From Balanoglossus misakiensis (taxonomy: Eukaryota > Animalia > Hemichordata): 64,000 bases of DNA. A program made the translations under genes and the position numbers. Below, piece by piece: positions 61,930 to 64,000 of this stretch. Numbering within the stretch: position 1 is the first letter of the stretch; every line of letters starts with the position of its first letter. The stretch covers positions 14,143,903 through 14,207,902 of the forward strand of contig CM082577.2 of the NCBI GenBank assembly GCA_040954595.2, in the 5' to 3' direction. The notes below the pieces were generated by a model. The model saw only the letters and a program-made list of their open reading frames with translations. It searched no databases and was not told where the DNA came from.

Positions 61930-63115
61930 GTAAGTTTTTTGTTTTAACATCACTTTGCAGTGTCCTCCAGTACAGACTTTTGTTATTGTACTACTGTCCT
62001 TGTTGATAATTTTCCGGTTATTGCGAGATCTCGCGAGATTCGGTTAAATACCGTTGAAATGGGTTGTTAGTCTGGTAATACGCGTTAAGCTGTGTATGAA
62101 ATTATAATAAGGTATCAAATGAAAAAATGTCATCCCATAGAAACTACATATATACCATGCGCCGACTCATGCGAGATCGTGCCATGTCTCTTGTCGTTTC
62201 GGAAAGTACCATACTGTGTGCTTTCATGTTTTCATTTTTATTTAGTGAAATGAAACGGTTTTGTCTCTATGCCTTACGGTGTTGTCTTTTAATGTTTTAG
62301 GTTGTTGCAGTTTGTGTCGACACCTACATTGTATGGTGGCGCACACGTTGTGCTAATTATAAGTGTTTGCCACATGATATTACAAAGGCAATATATCTTT
62401 CATTTTTCTGACTATACCTGAGAATAAAAGTTCATGATAATATCCAATATTTCGACCACAGTCTTTGTTTTACAGAGGGTCTCCAGACATCCCGTCATAT
62501 GTTTTAACACTTCATGTAAATATGGGAACTTGGATAACATATTTTTTTTCCAATTTATGCGCGTAATTATTTTTTATTCTTGTTTCGAAATATCTATACA
62601 TGGAATGAACAGTTTTTGTACCCCAATATATATGCTCTGGGCAAGGTGGTCTGTGTACTTCGCTGGTTGACTGATGCTAAGCATTTTTTGTGTGTTTGTC
62701 TATATAACATGCCATGGAAATGAGATATATGGGTTTTATCTCAATTATTTTGTTCAATACATACACTTAAAGTAACATTCGATAGCATAAAATGTTGTGC
62801 ACAGTACAAGTATTGTGTTTTTGTCATGTGGGATACGCCAGAACGAATCAGATGACGTTAAAATACGAGCATTCTTTCCCTGAGTCGAGTCATCATATTA
62901 TTCGTTTTTTTAAAGAATTGAACGCATATCTTGCAAGAAATTGGCAACCCCTGGGATACTTTGACGTTGAGTTAATATGGCTGTCAGGGTTATTTGTCAG
63001 CATTTTTATTCTGTGTATCTATTATGGTTTCCTGTTGGGCTCACCAGGGCTGGGTTTTATCCCGTAAGAAATTACAATTGACCCACATATCAATTCTGAA
63101 CACTTGTTGTTACAG

Positions 63116-63178
63116 GAATCGTAAAAGAAGCTTGTGAAGTGTATCCTGCAAGTGCAATTTCATGTTGTCCCATTGCAG
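63116..63178 (+). CDS. Probable next 63-nt exon of the same gene
   Basis: TTACAG| RIVKEACEVYPASAISCCPIA |GTGAGT; open frame, phase 1 to 1, strong splice sites. Confidence 0.55.
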
Positions 63179-64000
63179 GTGAGTTGTTGGTGATTATTTC
63201 GCACGTATAATATGCCATGTCAAGTGAATCGGAATTAAAAGAAAGAGAGCTACATTATGTTACTGTCCCCACGCATGCAGTATTTCCTATCGCAAGCTAT
63301 AGTATATAAGTGGGCGATCACCCCGGAAGTTGCGAATGTGCTGAAATTGTCTTGCTCTGAATTTGGTTTACGGAACATGTTTAGCAATTCCAAGAATTGA
63401 CTGAAAAATCGGAAAGATTAACATTGTGCACAAAACACAACAAACGGTCCTCTCAATTAGGATGACTCGACACGTTTGTCGATAGAGAGACATGTCTGAC
63501 ATAACTGATAAACCCCCGATCAACCCTGCGGCGTGCGGAAAACTCTCGTTGCGGTTTCATTGATAATGCAAAACGGACTGTCACGACCCTTAAGCTTATG
63601 CGTTTAATAAATACAATACCTAGTGGAAATGATGGTAGGTCTGACAAGTGACAGGCCGCAGCCAATGCAAAATAAAAATCCAGAAACTTGAATACAAAAC
63701 ATGTCACTGTTCTCAGGATATTTAAATCAACAACACATCTACCTTTAATGAATTTTAAAATTCGGTAACTGTAGAATTTGTAATAAAATACACAATAGAA
63801 ATAACAAGATAGACACGTATGAATATTTACGAGAAGTTGTGAGCATTCAAATGTGACGAAAGCGAACAAAAGTGGGAAATATTACATACATTATAAATAA
63901 CATAAGCGACCTAGAGGCCGATACAGCTCCTCTGTAATACTATATGCATATATAATCTGGGCAAATGCTTCATACTTACATGGAGCATTTCTCTTGAGAC

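Noticed and set aside
62301-62345. Possible extra exon after TTTTAG/TTGCAG acceptor-like sites
   Set aside because: No convincing donor or domain similarity; 61929 already splices in phase to 63116.

Overview
Eukaryotic genomic DNA from an animal, probably a marine invertebrate deuterostome (inference). Four zones. (1) 1-3013: 3' half of a defective Gmr1-type Ty3/Gypsy LTR retrotransposon (integrase before RT). (2) 3.4-19.3 kb: higher-order tandem array of about 64 full-length initiator tRNA-Met genes on the minus strand. Units are ~157-161 bp, grouped in ten blocks of 2-13 separated by a ~530-bp spacer. It includes anticodon variants (AAU, UAU), a frequent acceptor-stem variant, and a 29-nt internally deleted copy at the end of every block. 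(3) 20.5-48.6 kb: tandem segmental duplication of the promoter and signal-peptide exon of a secreted/receptor gene, with copy-specific insertions. These are a LINE carrying a nested TIR element (69-bp GGAAATTTCC-rich arrays, BEL/Pao fragment, MITE), L1/Tx1 fragments, a TTAA-TSD element that replaced the exon in copy 3, and a young near-intact Gypsy element. (4) 49.5-63.2 kb: phase-compatible exons for 3 group-A SRCR domains and a pentraxin domain, with a second, full-length but degenerate Gmr1-type element and a ~1-kb (ATAC)n tract in introns. All coordinates and counts were read by eye.
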